From: Candidatus Multivoradales bacterium
Lineage (GTDB): Bacteria; Acidobacteriota; Thermoanaerobaculia; Multivoradales; JAHEKO01
NCBI GenBank assembly: GCA_965223155.1
Contig: CBDCVR010000014.1
Coordinates: 192,001 to 256,000 of the forward strand
Length of the DNA stretch: 64,000 nucleotides
Reading direction: 5' to 3'
Both the position numbers and the translations under genes were made by a program. The notes under the pieces are model-generated. The model was given only the letters and a program-made list of their open reading frames with translations. It searched no databases and was not told where the DNA came from. Positions 38,258-47,692 of the stretch are shown here, in pieces. How positions within the stretch are numbered: the stretch's first letter is position 1; the number at the start of each line of letters is the position of its first letter.

Positions 38258-40177
38258 ATGCCCAGTTGTCCGAAACCCTCGATCCGCCTTCTCGCCACGG
38301 TCGCGCTGCTCCTCTTTGCGGTAGCCTGCGGCAAGGGCGAAGGCGACAAGAGCGCCGAGGTCGTAGCGGGTGAGGAGGTCTTTACCCGCAATTGCACGGC
38401 CTGTCACACGGTGGGCCAGGGCAAGCGCATCGGACCGGATCTCGCCGGCGTCACCGATCAGCGCGAGCACGACTGGCTGGTGCGCTGGTTGGATGACCCG
38501 ATCGGCATGGCCGAGACCGACCCGATCGGCAAGCGGCTGCTAGCCGAATGGGGCAACATCCCGATGTCCGACTCGAACCTGGATCCCGAGGAGATCGAGA
38601 ACGTCATCGCCTATCTGGCCTGGGCCAGCGCCCAGGGCGGCGCCGAGATCGTTGAGGAAGCTCCAATGGAGCTGACCGCCGAGCAATTCGAGCAGGCCAA
38701 GGACGTCTACTTCGACCGCTGCGCGGGTTGCCACGGGACCCTGCGGGCCGGAGCGACCGGACCCAACATCCAAGTTGCTCGGACCCAAGAGATCGGGACG
38801 ACGGCGATCAAGGCGACCCTGATGAACGGCCTTCCCGGCGGCATGCCTCCGTGGGGCCGGATGGGCATCTTGAGCGAAGAAGAGATCGCGATGATGGCGG
38901 CCTACATCCAGCAAGAGCCGCCGACGCCTCCGCAGCTTCCGTTGGAAGAGATTCAGGAGAGCTGGGATCTCCAGGTTCCCGTAGACGAGCGCCCGACCGA
39001 ACCGCAGACCGACCGCGATTGGGAGAACTACTTCGGCGTGATCCTGCGCGACGCCGGCCAGGTGGCGATCCTGGATGGCGACACCAAGGAGAAGCTCGCC
39101 ATCATCGAGACCGGCTTCGCGGTACACATCCTGCGCTCGTCGTCCACGGGCCGGTACTTCTACGCCATCGGCCGGGACGGCAAGGTCTCGATGATCGATC
39201 TGTGGACCGAGACACCGACCCTGGTGGCTCAGGTTCAGGGCTGCTTCGACGCCCGTAGCGTGGACGCGAGCAAGTTCAAGGGGTACGAGGATCAGCTCGT
39301 GATCGAGGGCTGTTACTGGCCGCCGCAGTACGTCATCTTCGACGGGCAGACCCTCGAGCCGCTCAAGGTCGAGAGTGTTCTTACGCCCACCTACGACACC
39401 AATGAGCCGCTGGACGAGGTTCGGGTCGCCTCTATCGTGGCCTCCCACTTCGATCCGCTCTGGGTCGTCAGCCTTAAGGAGTCCGGACACGTCGGCCTGG
39501 TCGACTACTCGCAGCCTGGATACCCGATGGTGGCCAAGATCCCGACCGAGCGCTTCCTCCATGACGGCGGTTTCGACAACAGCGGCCGGTACTTCCTGGT
39601 CGCCGCCAACATGCGCGACCAGATCGTGGTGGTGGATCTCAAGAAGAAGGAGATGGTCACCAAGTTCAAGACCGGCATCAAGCCGCATCCGGGCCGGGGC
39701 GCCAACTGGGAAGATCCCGAATTCGGATGGGTCAACGCCACCACCCACCTGGGCGAGGGCAAGATGACCGTCTACGGCGCCGACGCCGACAACGCCGAAC
39801 ATGCCTGGAAGGTAGTCCGTGAGGTCGAGCTCCCCGCCAGCGGCGGCCTCTTCCTCAAGACCCATCCCCAGTCGGATTGGGTGTGGTTCGACTCGCCGCT
39901 GGCTGCCGATGAGGAGATGACCCGCCAGATCTGCGCCTATTCGAAGTCCAAGGGCGAGATCGAAAAGTGCTGGCAGCCCACCGACCGCGGCCGCACGGTG
40001 CACTTCGAGTACAACCGTCAAGGCACCGAGGTCTGGGTCTCGGGCTGGGATCGGCGCGGCCAGATCGTGGTCTACGACGACGCCACGCTGGAGGAGATCG
40101 CCCGCCTCGACGAGGATTGGCTGGTCACCCCCACCGGCAAGTTCAACGTCTACAACACGGCGAACGACATCTACTAA
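38258..40177 (+). CDS. nirS: Cytochrome cd1 nitrite reductase with an additional N-terminal heme c domain, lipoprotein
   Basis: AVAC lipobox; CTACH and CAGCH; LRAGATGP, AVHILR, GCYWPPQY, RVASIVASH, FLHDGG, KPHPGRGAN, TPTGKFNVYNT; AAGGAG RBS. Confidence 0.9.
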   Translation: MPSCPKPSIRLLATVALLLFAVACGKGEGDKSAEVVAGEEVFTRNCTACHTVGQGKRIGPDLAGVTDQREHDWLVRWLDDPIGMAETDPIGKRLLAEWGNIPMSDSNLDPEEIENVIAYLAWASAQGGAEIVEEAPMELTAEQFEQAKDVYFDRCAGCHGTLRAGATGPNIQVARTQEIGTTAIKATLMNGLPGGMPPWGRMGILSEEEIAMMAAYIQQEPPTPPQLPLEEIQESWDLQVPVDERPTEPQTDRDWENYFGVILRDAGQVAILDGDTKEKLAIIETGFAVHILRSSSTGRYFYAIGRDGKVSMIDLWTETPTLVAQVQGCFDARSVDASKFKGYEDQLVIEGCYWPPQYVIFDGQTLEPLKVESVLTPTYDTNEPLDEVRVASIVASHFDPLWVVSLKESGHVGLVDYSQPGYPMVAKIPTERFLHDGGFDNSGRYFLVAANMRDQIVVVDLKKKEMVTKFKTGIKPHPGRGANWEDPEFGWVNATTHLGEGKMTVYGADADNAEHAWKVVREVELPASGGLFLKTHPQSDWVWFDSPLAADEEMTRQICAYSKSKGEIEKCWQPTDRGRTVHFEYNRQGTEVWVSGWDRRGQIVVYDDATLEEIARLDEDWLVTPTGKFNVYNTANDIY

Positions 40178-40192
40178 TCGATTCGAGTTTCG

Positions 40193-40234
40193 GGCGGGGG
40201 GCGTGGCCAAGCCGCGCTCCCCGCCTCGCTCTTT
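40193..40234 (+). terminator. Putative intrinsic terminator after nirS
   Basis: GGCGGGGGGCGTGGC-CAA-GCCGCGCTCCCCGCC hairpin followed by a weak pyrimidine tract. Confidence 0.55.
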
Positions 40235-40289
40235 CCCGCGCGCAGAGCCGCAGCCTCGGCCGGGACCCGGACGGTCCGATGACGACCGC

Positions 40290-40317
40290 GTCCCAACCGG
40301 GTCACGACCGTGCAACA
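40290..40317 (+). promoter_or_regulatory. Pho box upstream of phoB
   Basis: GTCCCA (40290), GTCACG (40301) and GCAACA (40312) at 11-bp period. Confidence 0.55.
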
Positions 40318-40377
40318 TAGCCGTCTCGGGCGCGCCAAAGGCACCGCTCGCACCAGGACCGCTGCTAAGCTCGCTGC

Positions 40378-41061
40378 ATGTCTCCGAGTCGCATCGTCGT
40401 CGTCGAGGACGAACCCGACATCGTCGACATCCTGCGCTACAACCTCGAAAAGGAAGGCTACCGGGTTGACGCCATTCCGCGCGGCGACGACGCCCTCGAT
40501 GCCATCCGCGAGGCACCGCCGGATCTCATCCTCCTGGACCTCATGCTGCCGGGCCTGGACGGCCTGGAGCTGATGCGGGTCCTGAAACGGGAGCCGGCCA
40601 CGGCCCGCGTCCCGGTCCTCATGCTCACCGCCAAGAGCGAGGAGATCGACCGCATCGTGGGCTTGGAGCTGGGCGCGGACGACTACCTGGCCAAGCCCTT
40701 CAGCCCGCGCGAGGTCGTTCTGCGGGTCAAGGCGGTGCTGCGGCGTACCGAAGCCACCGATCCGATTCTCGACGCGATCCGGATCGGAGGTCTCGAACTG
40801 GACGTCGAAGCCCACCGGCTGCGGGTTGCCGGCGAGCCCGTGGAGCTCACCGCTACGGAGTTCCGGCTCATGAGGGTCCTGATGGAGCGGTCGGGCCGCG
40901 TGCAGACGCGGGCGCAGCTTCTGTCCGACGTCTGGCACTACGCCGACAACGTGGACAGCCGTACCGTCGACACCCACATCCGCAGACTACGAAAGAAGCT
41001 GGGGGCCGAGGCAGGCCGCATCGAAACCGTCATCGGTGTCGGCTACCGGCTAGCCTCGTGA
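40378..41061 (+). CDS. phoB: PhoB-type response regulator
   Basis: Receiver VEDE...LDLMLP...KPF; winged helix SRTVDTHIRRLR...GVGY; pst context. Confidence 0.88.
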   Translation: MSPSRIVVVEDEPDIVDILRYNLEKEGYRVDAIPRGDDALDAIREAPPDLILLDLMLPGLDGLELMRVLKREPATARVPVLMLTAKSEEIDRIVGLELGADDYLAKPFSPREVVLRVKAVLRRTEATDPILDAIRIGGLELDVEAHRLRVAGEPVELTATEFRLMRVLMERSGRVQTRAQLLSDVWHYADNVDSRTVDTHIRRLRKKLGAEAGRIETVIGVGYRLAS

Positions 41062-41071
41062 TTGGGTCCTG

Positions 41072-42304
41072 GTGAAACTCCTTCGGCAGGCTCGCTGGAC
41101 GATCGCCCTTCCCGTTCTGCTGGCCATCGCCCTTCTGGCCATCGCTTCTCTAGACGGGCGGGCCCGGGCGATCCGAACCGGGGCGATCCTCGCCTGGACC
41201 GGTCTCACGATCGCGGGGCTCCAGATCGCCCGCCGCCGGCTGGCCGGCAACGGCAAGATCGCCTATCAAGACGACGGCGCCAAGGAGAACGAAGTCGACG
41301 AACGGGTCCTCACGAGCCTGTCGGAGGGTCTCCTGATCGTCGACTCCGAAGGCCGCCAGCGCTTCGCCAACCACCGCTGGCGAGCGCTCTTCGACGGAGA
41401 CGGAGACACCACAGTCGATGGCGTCGGCCGCCAGGCGGTTCTGGATCAAGTCCTGACCGCGACTCTCGAAACAGGCGCGCCCCAGCGCAGCCAGATGGAG
41501 CTGGCCGGACCCGGCGAGAGCAGGTACATCCTGACGGGCTCGCCGCTGCCGGACTCCGGCGGCGCCGTGGTGCTGGCAGTGGACACCAGCGCCTTCCACA
41601 GCCTGACCGAACACCGACGCGATTTCGTGGCCAACGTCTCGCACGAGCTCAAGACGCCTCTGTCGGCGATCCGCGGTTTCGCCGAGACCCTCCTGGACGG
41701 GGCCATGGAGGATCCCGAGGCCGGGAAGCCGTTCCTCCAGCGCATCGTCAAGCAATGCACCCGGCTGGACGCCCTCCTCTCGGATCTCCTCACTCTCTCG
41801 ACGCTCGAGCACGCCTCATCCCGGCGACCCAATGAGGCTGTCCGACTGGACGCCATCCTGCGCGAAGTGCTCGAGATGCTGGGCGCGCTGGCCACGGCTC
41901 GCAATATCCAGATCTCGACACGACTCGATCGGGTGTCCGAGCTCCACGGCGATCCGGTGGCCCTGGAGCGGCTCTGCGCCAACCTCTTCGAGAACGCGGT
42001 CAAGTACAACCGCGACGGCGGCCGGGTCGACGTGCGCCTCTTCGAAAAGGCCGGCGAAGTGATTCTCGAGATCTCCGATACTGGGATCGGCATTCCGGAA
42101 GCCGCCCTGGACCGGCTCTTCGAACGCTTTTACCGGGTCGACAAGGGACGCTCGCGCCGCGAAGGCGGCACCGGCCTGGGCCTCGCCATCGTCAAGCACG
42201 CGACTCAGATGCACGGCGGGCGGATCGACGTCCACAGCCAGCTCGGGCAAGGCACGACCTTTACGGTGCGCCTGCCGCTAGCGCCTGGGCCGCGCTCGAC
42301 CTAG
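41072..42304 (+). CDS. phoR: PhoR-type sensor histidine kinase
   Basis: RRDFVANVSHELKTPL, NAVKYN and FERFYRVDKGRSRREGGTGLGLAIVKH motifs. Confidence 0.88.
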   Translation: MKLLRQARWTIALPVLLAIALLAIASLDGRARAIRTGAILAWTGLTIAGLQIARRRLAGNGKIAYQDDGAKENEVDERVLTSLSEGLLIVDSEGRQRFANHRWRALFDGDGDTTVDGVGRQAVLDQVLTATLETGAPQRSQMELAGPGESRYILTGSPLPDSGGAVVLAVDTSAFHSLTEHRRDFVANVSHELKTPLSAIRGFAETLLDGAMEDPEAGKPFLQRIVKQCTRLDALLSDLLTLSTLEHASSRRPNEAVRLDAILREVLEMLGALATARNIQISTRLDRVSELHGDPVALERLCANLFENAVKYNRDGGRVDVRLFEKAGEVILEISDTGIGIPEAALDRLFERFYRVDKGRSRREGGTGLGLAIVKHATQMHGGRIDVHSQLGQGTTFTVRLPLAPGPRST

Positions 42305-42336
42305 CGGCCCAGCCTTGCAGAGGTCCGGCCGGGCCC

Positions 42337-42364
42337 GTCGCACGACTGTTACATCCGCGTCACC
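42337..42364 (+). promoter_or_regulatory. Pho box upstream of the porin
   Basis: GTCGCA (42337), GTTACA (42348) and GTCACC (42359) at 11-bp period. Confidence 0.65.
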
Positions 42365-42457
42365 GGCACGCACGATCCCGTCCCTAGGGTCCTGTCCGAG
42401 ACGGACGGCCCAGGCCGGCCGACCCTGCCGTTCAAGAACACTGAAGGAGCTCCTGCC

Positions 42458-43612
42458 GTGATCAGAAACTTCACCTGGCCTGCCCTTGTCCTCTTGCTGG
42501 TCCTTGCAGCACCGGCGAACGCCGGCGTCAAGGTCTACGAGGACGGCGACAAGTTCGTCGAGATCGGTGGCCGCATCCAGCTTCAGTACACGCGCTCGGA
42601 CCCGGATTCTGGGGAGTCCGAAGACGAGTGGTTCTTCCGCCGCCTGCGGCCTTACATCTCGGGCAGCGTTACCAAGAACTGGGTCGGCAAGTTCCAGTTC
42701 GATCTGGGCAAATCGAGCAATGACAACGAGGTCGCGGTCAAGGACGCCTACATGGCCTACAAGGGCTGGGGCAACAAGACCTTCTACATCGGCAACGTCA
42801 AGTCGGTCTTCTCCCGCGAATTCCTGACCTCGTCCAAGCGCCAGCAGATGATCGAGCGCAGCTTCGTCGGCGACCACAACTATGGCGCTCCCGACCGCCA
42901 GCTCGGCTTTCGGCTGGACGGCGCCAACGACACGGGCAAGGTCGAATGGAAGGTCAACCTCGGCAACGAGGCGATCGATCCCGACGCCAAGAAGCTGGAC
43001 TTCGACTCGCCGGCCAATCGCAACAGCGATTTCAACGACGGCACGGTTCTCGCCGCCCGGGTCGACTTCCACCCCCGGGGCAAGATGAAATTCGACCAGG
43101 GCGATTTCAACACCTCGGGATCCAAGTTCACCGTCGGTCTGGGAGCCTTCTCGTGGTCGAACGACGACGACAACAACACCTATACCGCGGCCGGGCTATC
43201 GACCTCGTCGTCCAGGGTGGACATCGACAGCGCTGAAGGCCTCGAGCTCTCAGCCGGATTTCGCGGCAACGGCCTTTCGGTCGACGCCCAATACAACTCG
43301 ATCTCGGCCGACACCGTGGATCCGAGCTTTACCGGCGGCCTCTACCGGCGCGGCACGACCGACATCGACGCCTACGCCCTCGAGGCCGGATACATGCTGC
43401 CCACGAACAAGGTAGAGCTCGTCCTGGGCGCCGAATCGCTAGACGCCGACAACTACGGCGCCGCCTGGGAACGCAAGTCGCTGGGAGCCAACTTCTTTCT
43501 CAACAAGCACAAGGCCAAGATCCAACTCACTTACCGCATGGGCGAGAACCTCAACGGCTCCCGCGGCGCCGACGAGGACGAGGCGTTCCTGCAGTTCCAA
43601 TTCGTCTTCTAG
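42458..43612 (+). CDS. Phosphate-selective porin (OprO/OprP-like)
   Basis: Signal peptide, GRIQ...FRRLR, amphipathic strands, C-terminal Phe; lies between phoR and pstS. Confidence 0.85.
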   Translation: MIRNFTWPALVLLLVLAAPANAGVKVYEDGDKFVEIGGRIQLQYTRSDPDSGESEDEWFFRRLRPYISGSVTKNWVGKFQFDLGKSSNDNEVAVKDAYMAYKGWGNKTFYIGNVKSVFSREFLTSSKRQQMIERSFVGDHNYGAPDRQLGFRLDGANDTGKVEWKVNLGNEAIDPDAKKLDFDSPANRNSDFNDGTVLAARVDFHPRGKMKFDQGDFNTSGSKFTVGLGAFSWSNDDDNNTYTAAGLSTSSSRVDIDSAEGLELSAGFRGNGLSVDAQYNSISADTVDPSFTGGLYRRGTTDIDAYALEAGYMLPTNKVELVLGAESLDADNYGAAWERKSLGANFFLNKHKAKIQLTYRMGENLNGSRGADEDEAFLQFQFVF

Positions 43613-43644
43613 CACTGGCCATCCAGAGCCCGCCCCCACCGTCT

Positions 43645-43683
43645 GTCACAGGCTCAACGGACGTCCGACACACAATCGTCACA
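43645..43683 (+). promoter_or_regulatory. Pho box upstream of pstS
   Basis: GTCACA (43645), GACACA (43667) and GTCACA (43678), all on an 11-bp register. Confidence 0.65.
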
Positions 43684-43769
43684 TCGACCGGCTAGCTTCG
43701 CCAGGCTACCAAGAGCCCACGCGCCCACTGGGCAGCTTCGGGAACGGGCCGAACAACAAGGAGACCGCA

Positions 43770-44684
43770 ATGCAACGTAGTTTCGGAATCTTCCCGGGCC
43801 GAACTTCCCCGGGCCGAATTTCCCTCCTGGCCGCCATCGCCCTGGTGGCTCTGGCGTGCGGCGGCGGCGATCGCCAAAACCGCACCGTCCTCCAGAATAA
43901 GGGCTCCGACACCCTGGTCAACGTCGCCCAGGCCTGGGCCGAGGCTTATCGCGAGGTCAATCCCAACATCGCCGTCGCCGTAACCGGCGGCGGCTCGGGC
44001 ACGGGCATCTCGGCGATGATCAACGGCACCGTCGACATCGCCAACTCCAGCCGCAAGATGAAGGATCGGGAGCTGGACCTGGCCCGCGACAACGGCATCG
44101 AGCCGATCGAGCACACGGTCGGGTTCGATGCCTTGGCCGTGTACGTCCACCCCGACAATCCGGTCGCCGGGTTCGATCTGGCCACGCTCGCCGCGATCTA
44201 CGGCGAGGGCGGCGAGCTCGACAGTTGGAGCCAGCTGGGCGTCGAAGTCCCGGGCTGTTCGAGCGACGAGATCATCCGCATCAGCCGGCAGAACAACTCC
44301 GGAACCTACGTCTACTTCAAGGATACGGTCCTGGGCAAGACCGGTGAGTACAAGCTAGGGTCCCGCGACATGCACGGCTCGAAGGACGTTGTGGATCTCG
44401 TGCAGAACACACCCTGCGCCATCGGCTACAGCGGCCTGGCCTACGCCACCGAGTCGGTCAAGATGCCTTGCGTCTCGTCCGAGCCCGAGGGCGAGTGCGT
44501 GACCCCGACGGTCGAAACCGCGATCGAAGGGAGCTATCCGATCGCCCGCCCGCTGTTCATGTACACGGCCGGCAGCCCCGAAGGCGCCGTCAAGGAGTAC
44601 CTCGATTGGGTCTACTCGGAAGCCGGCCAGTGCATCATCCTGGCCAAGGGCTACGCGCCGGCGCGTGCTGTAAGCTGCGAATAG
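43770..44684 (+). CDS. pstS: Phosphate ABC transporter substrate-binding lipoprotein
   Basis: ALAC lipobox; KGSDT, GGGSGTG, SSR, SRQNNSGT and YPIARPLFMY motifs. Confidence 0.93.
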   Translation: MQRSFGIFPGRTSPGRISLLAAIALVALACGGGDRQNRTVLQNKGSDTLVNVAQAWAEAYREVNPNIAVAVTGGGSGTGISAMINGTVDIANSSRKMKDRELDLARDNGIEPIEHTVGFDALAVYVHPDNPVAGFDLATLAAIYGEGGELDSWSQLGVEVPGCSSDEIIRISRQNNSGTYVYFKDTVLGKTGEYKLGSRDMHGSKDVVDLVQNTPCAIGYSGLAYATESVKMPCVSSEPEGECVTPTVETAIEGSYPIARPLFMYTAGSPEGAVKEYLDWVYSEAGQCIILAKGYAPARAVSCE

Positions 44685-44772
44685 ACCCCGAAGGAGTCGG
44701 CCCGGTGAGCCCGTGCGACGCGGGCCCCGCCACGGGTCCGCACGCCATCGTCCGGGGCCGGGAGGCCAAACC

Positions 44773-45864
44773 ATGAGTCACTACGAAGAGCGCCTTCAAG
44801 CAGACCTGGCCAAGATCCGAGGGCGGGTCGATGAAATCGGCAAGCGCGTTCAGGAGGCCATCGCGAGGGCCGTCGACGCCTTCGTCACCGACGATCGCAA
44901 TCTCGCCGGCGACGTGATCTTGGGCGACCGGCCGGTGAACCGCGATGTCCGCGACCTCGACCGCCTGTGCCACGCCTTCGTCGTCCGGCACCTGCCCAGC
45001 GCCGGACACCTGCGTTTCGTCTCCTCGGTACTGCGGCTCAACGTCGAGCTTGAGCGAATCGGCGACTATGCGGTGACCGTCGGGCGGGAAACCGTGCAGA
45101 TCTCGACGGCGCCGCCGCGATCGGTCATTCAGGACATCGAGCTCCTGGCCGGACAGTCCGTCGAGGCGCTGGGCCAGGCGCTCGAGGCCTTCCGTCAGGG
45201 CAACGCCGAACTCGCCCGCGGCACCTGGACCATGGCGGACCAGACCCGCGGCACCTTCCAGAAGGCGTTCAACGATCTCCTCCACGAAGGCAAGAAGGAG
45301 TCCAGGCCGATCAAGGACCTGCTGGCGTTTCTGGTGGTCCTGACCAGCATCGGGCGGGTCGCGGACCAAGCCAAGAACATCTGCGAACAGACCGTGTTCG
45401 CGGTTACCGGCGAGGTCAAGAGCGAGCGTGTGTACCGAATCCTCTTCGTGGACCGCGAGAACGCTTGCCTGAGCCAGATGGCCGCCGCCTTCGCCCGCAA
45501 GGCGTTTCCCGAGAGCGGCGAGTACGACAGCGCCGGCTGGGAGCCGGCGGAAGCGCTGGACGTCCAGTGCCGGCAATTCCTGGATCGCAGCGGCTTCGAC
45601 GTCGCGTCGGCCCAGATCTCGGCGGTGCCCACCCTGACCGAGCAACTGTCCCAGTACCACCTGGTCGTCGGTCTCGAGCCGGGCGTTCGCAAGCATCTGC
45701 CGGCGACGCCGTTCCGCACGGTGGTCTTGGAATGGGACATCGATTCGATCCCTCCGGATCTGGACGCGGAGCGCACGCAAGCGATGCTGGAGGCCTCGTT
45801 CAAGGACCTGGCGGGGCGCATCCGCGCCCTGATGGACACGCTCCGTGGGGACGAGGCCGATTAG
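44773..45864 (+). CDS. phoU: PhoU fused to a C-terminal degenerate ArsC/LMW-PTP-like domain
   Basis: PhoU repeats (ELERIGDYA, RVADQAKNICE), then RILFVDRENACLSQMA...SAG..P...W; GGAGG RBS. Confidence 0.88.
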   Translation: MSHYEERLQADLAKIRGRVDEIGKRVQEAIARAVDAFVTDDRNLAGDVILGDRPVNRDVRDLDRLCHAFVVRHLPSAGHLRFVSSVLRLNVELERIGDYAVTVGRETVQISTAPPRSVIQDIELLAGQSVEALGQALEAFRQGNAELARGTWTMADQTRGTFQKAFNDLLHEGKKESRPIKDLLAFLVVLTSIGRVADQAKNICEQTVFAVTGEVKSERVYRILFVDRENACLSQMAAAFARKAFPESGEYDSAGWEPAEALDVQCRQFLDRSGFDVASAQISAVPTLTEQLSQYHLVVGLEPGVRKHLPATPFRTVVLEWDIDSIPPDLDAERTQAMLEASFKDLAGRIRALMDTLRGDEAD

Positions 45865-45898
45865 TGGAGGCAGTGGAGGCAGTGGAGGCAGTGGAGGC
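45863..45898. repeat. Perfect 9-bp tandem repeat (AGTGGAGGC)x4 at the pstC start
   Basis: Read directly; encodes VEA x4. Confidence 0.9.
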
Positions 45899-46820
45899 CG
45901 TCGGCGACCGCCGGGCGCGACGCCATCTCGCCGACCGGCGTGATCGGCATTGGTACGTAGACAAGCTGGTCCAAGCGCTGGTCTTTGTTGGCGGCATCTC
46001 CGGCATCGTCTTCGTCATCGGCATCTTCGTCTTCATCACCAAGGAGGGCCTGGGCTTCGTGACCCAGGCGTTCGACGTGGCCGAGTTCTTCGGCTCGCCC
46101 AAGTGGCGCCCAACCTCGGAGGCCAACCCGACCTACGGCGCTCTCGCGCTCATCGCGGGCACGGCCAGCGTCACCGGCCTGGCGATGCTGGTGTCGGTGC
46201 CGTTCTCACTGGGCGCAGCGATCTACATCGGCGAGTTCGCCCGCGGCAAGACACGCGAGGCGCTCAAGATCCTGATCGAGCTGCTGGCGGCGATCCCGTC
46301 CGTGGTCTGGGGCTTCATCGGCTTGAGCATCATGAATCCCCTCATCATCAAGACCTTCGACGTGCCGATCGGCTTGAACGTCCTCAACTCGGGACTCATC
46401 CTGGGCCTCATGGCCGCGCCGATCATGACCACGATCGCCGAGGACGCGCTCAAGGCGGTGCCGGACGCCTACCGCGAAGCGGCCGAAGCCCTGGGTGCGA
46501 CCCGCTGGCAGGTCGTGTACAAGGTGGTGTTGCCGGCGGCCAAGAATGGGCTGGCCGCAGCCATTCTGCTGGGAGTCGGCCGGGGCTTCGGCGAGACCAT
46601 GGCCGTGCTCATGGCCAGCGGCCACTCGATCAACCTGCCCACGAGCGTCTTCGATTCGGTACGGGCGCTGACCGCGACCATCGCCGCCGAGCTGGGCGAG
46701 ACCGCGGTCGGCTCAGAGCACTACCAGGCGCTGTTCACCCTCGGCATCTTCCTGTTCGCCGTCACCTTCGCCATCAACCTGACCGCCGATCTCGTGGTCC
46801 GCGGCATTCGCAAGAAGTAG
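45864..46820 (+). CDS. pstC: Phosphate ABC transporter permease
   Basis: ELLAAIPSVVWG, EAAEALGATRWQ, GETMAV and TATIAAELGE. The start is probably one of the repeat GTGs. Confidence 0.93.
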   Translation: MEAVEAVEAVEAVGDRRARRHLADRRDRHWYVDKLVQALVFVGGISGIVFVIGIFVFITKEGLGFVTQAFDVAEFFGSPKWRPTSEANPTYGALALIAGTASVTGLAMLVSVPFSLGAAIYIGEFARGKTREALKILIELLAAIPSVVWGFIGLSIMNPLIIKTFDVPIGLNVLNSGLILGLMAAPIMTTIAEDALKAVPDAYREAAEALGATRWQVVYKVVLPAAKNGLAAAILLGVGRGFGETMAVLMASGHSINLPTSVFDSVRALTATIAAELGETAVGSEHYQALFTLGIFLFAVTFAINLTADLVVRGIRKK

Positions 46821-46822
46821 TC

Positions 46823-47692
46823 GTGTTCGCGGCCACCGAGCTCAACCGCAAGAACCAGCGCACCGAGCGGCTGGTCAGGCTCCTGTTTCTCTGGATGGCG
46901 GTCATGCTGATCGTCCCGGTGGTGCTCATCCTGGGGATCCTCGTCCACGAGGGTGGCGAGGTCGTTTCCATCGATTTCCTCCTGACCGAGCCTAAGAACG
47001 GCATGACGGCGGGAGGCATCTTCCCGGCGCTCATCGGAACGGTCTGGCTGGTGGCGGTGGCGCTCCTGGCTTCCGTCCCGATCGGCGTGGCCGCGGCTCT
47101 CTATCTCAGCGAATACGCTCCGGACAACTGGCTCACGCGCGCCATCAACCTGGCCATCATCAATCTTGCCGGCGTGCCTTCGATCGTCCACGCCCTTTTC
47201 GGCGTGGGTGCTTTCGTCCTTTTCTTCGGCTTTGGCACCAGCATCCTGGCGGCCAGCCTGACGCTGGCGGTGATGACTCTGCCGGTGGTCATCGTCTCGA
47301 CCCGGGAGGCGCTCCAGGCTGTGCCTCAGGAGTTTCGCGAAGCCTGCTGGAACATGGGCGCAACCCGCTGGCAGACGATCCGGCGCGTGGTGCTCCCCAA
47401 CTCCATCAGCGGCATCCTGACCGGCGTCATCCTCGAGGTCTCGCGCACCGCCGGCGAGACCGCACCGATCATGTTCACCGGCGCGGCCTTCTTCCTGCCC
47501 TTCCTGCCCCAGAGCGTCTTCGACCAGACGATGGCGATGTCCCTGCACCTGTTCGTGGTCTCGACCCAAGTGCCGGGAGTGCCCGAAGCCCTGCCCTTCG
47601 GAGTCGCCCTGGTTTTGATCTCGATCGTCCTGGTCATGAACGCCATCTCCATCGCCTTCCGCATGATCCTGAGGAGCCGCAAGAAGTGGTAG
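46823..47692 (+). CDS. pstA: Phosphate ABC transporter permease
   Basis: GGIFPALIGT, YLSEYA, NLAGVPSIV and AGETAPI motifs. Confidence 0.93.
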   Translation: MFAATELNRKNQRTERLVRLLFLWMAVMLIVPVVLILGILVHEGGEVVSIDFLLTEPKNGMTAGGIFPALIGTVWLVAVALLASVPIGVAAALYLSEYAPDNWLTRAINLAIINLAGVPSIVHALFGVGAFVLFFGFGTSILAASLTLAVMTLPVVIVSTREALQAVPQEFREACWNMGATRWQTIRRVVLPNSISGILTGVILEVSRTAGETAPIMFTGAAFFLPFLPQSVFDQTMAMSLHLFVVSTQVPGVPEALPFGVALVLISIVLVMNAISIAFRMILRSRKKW

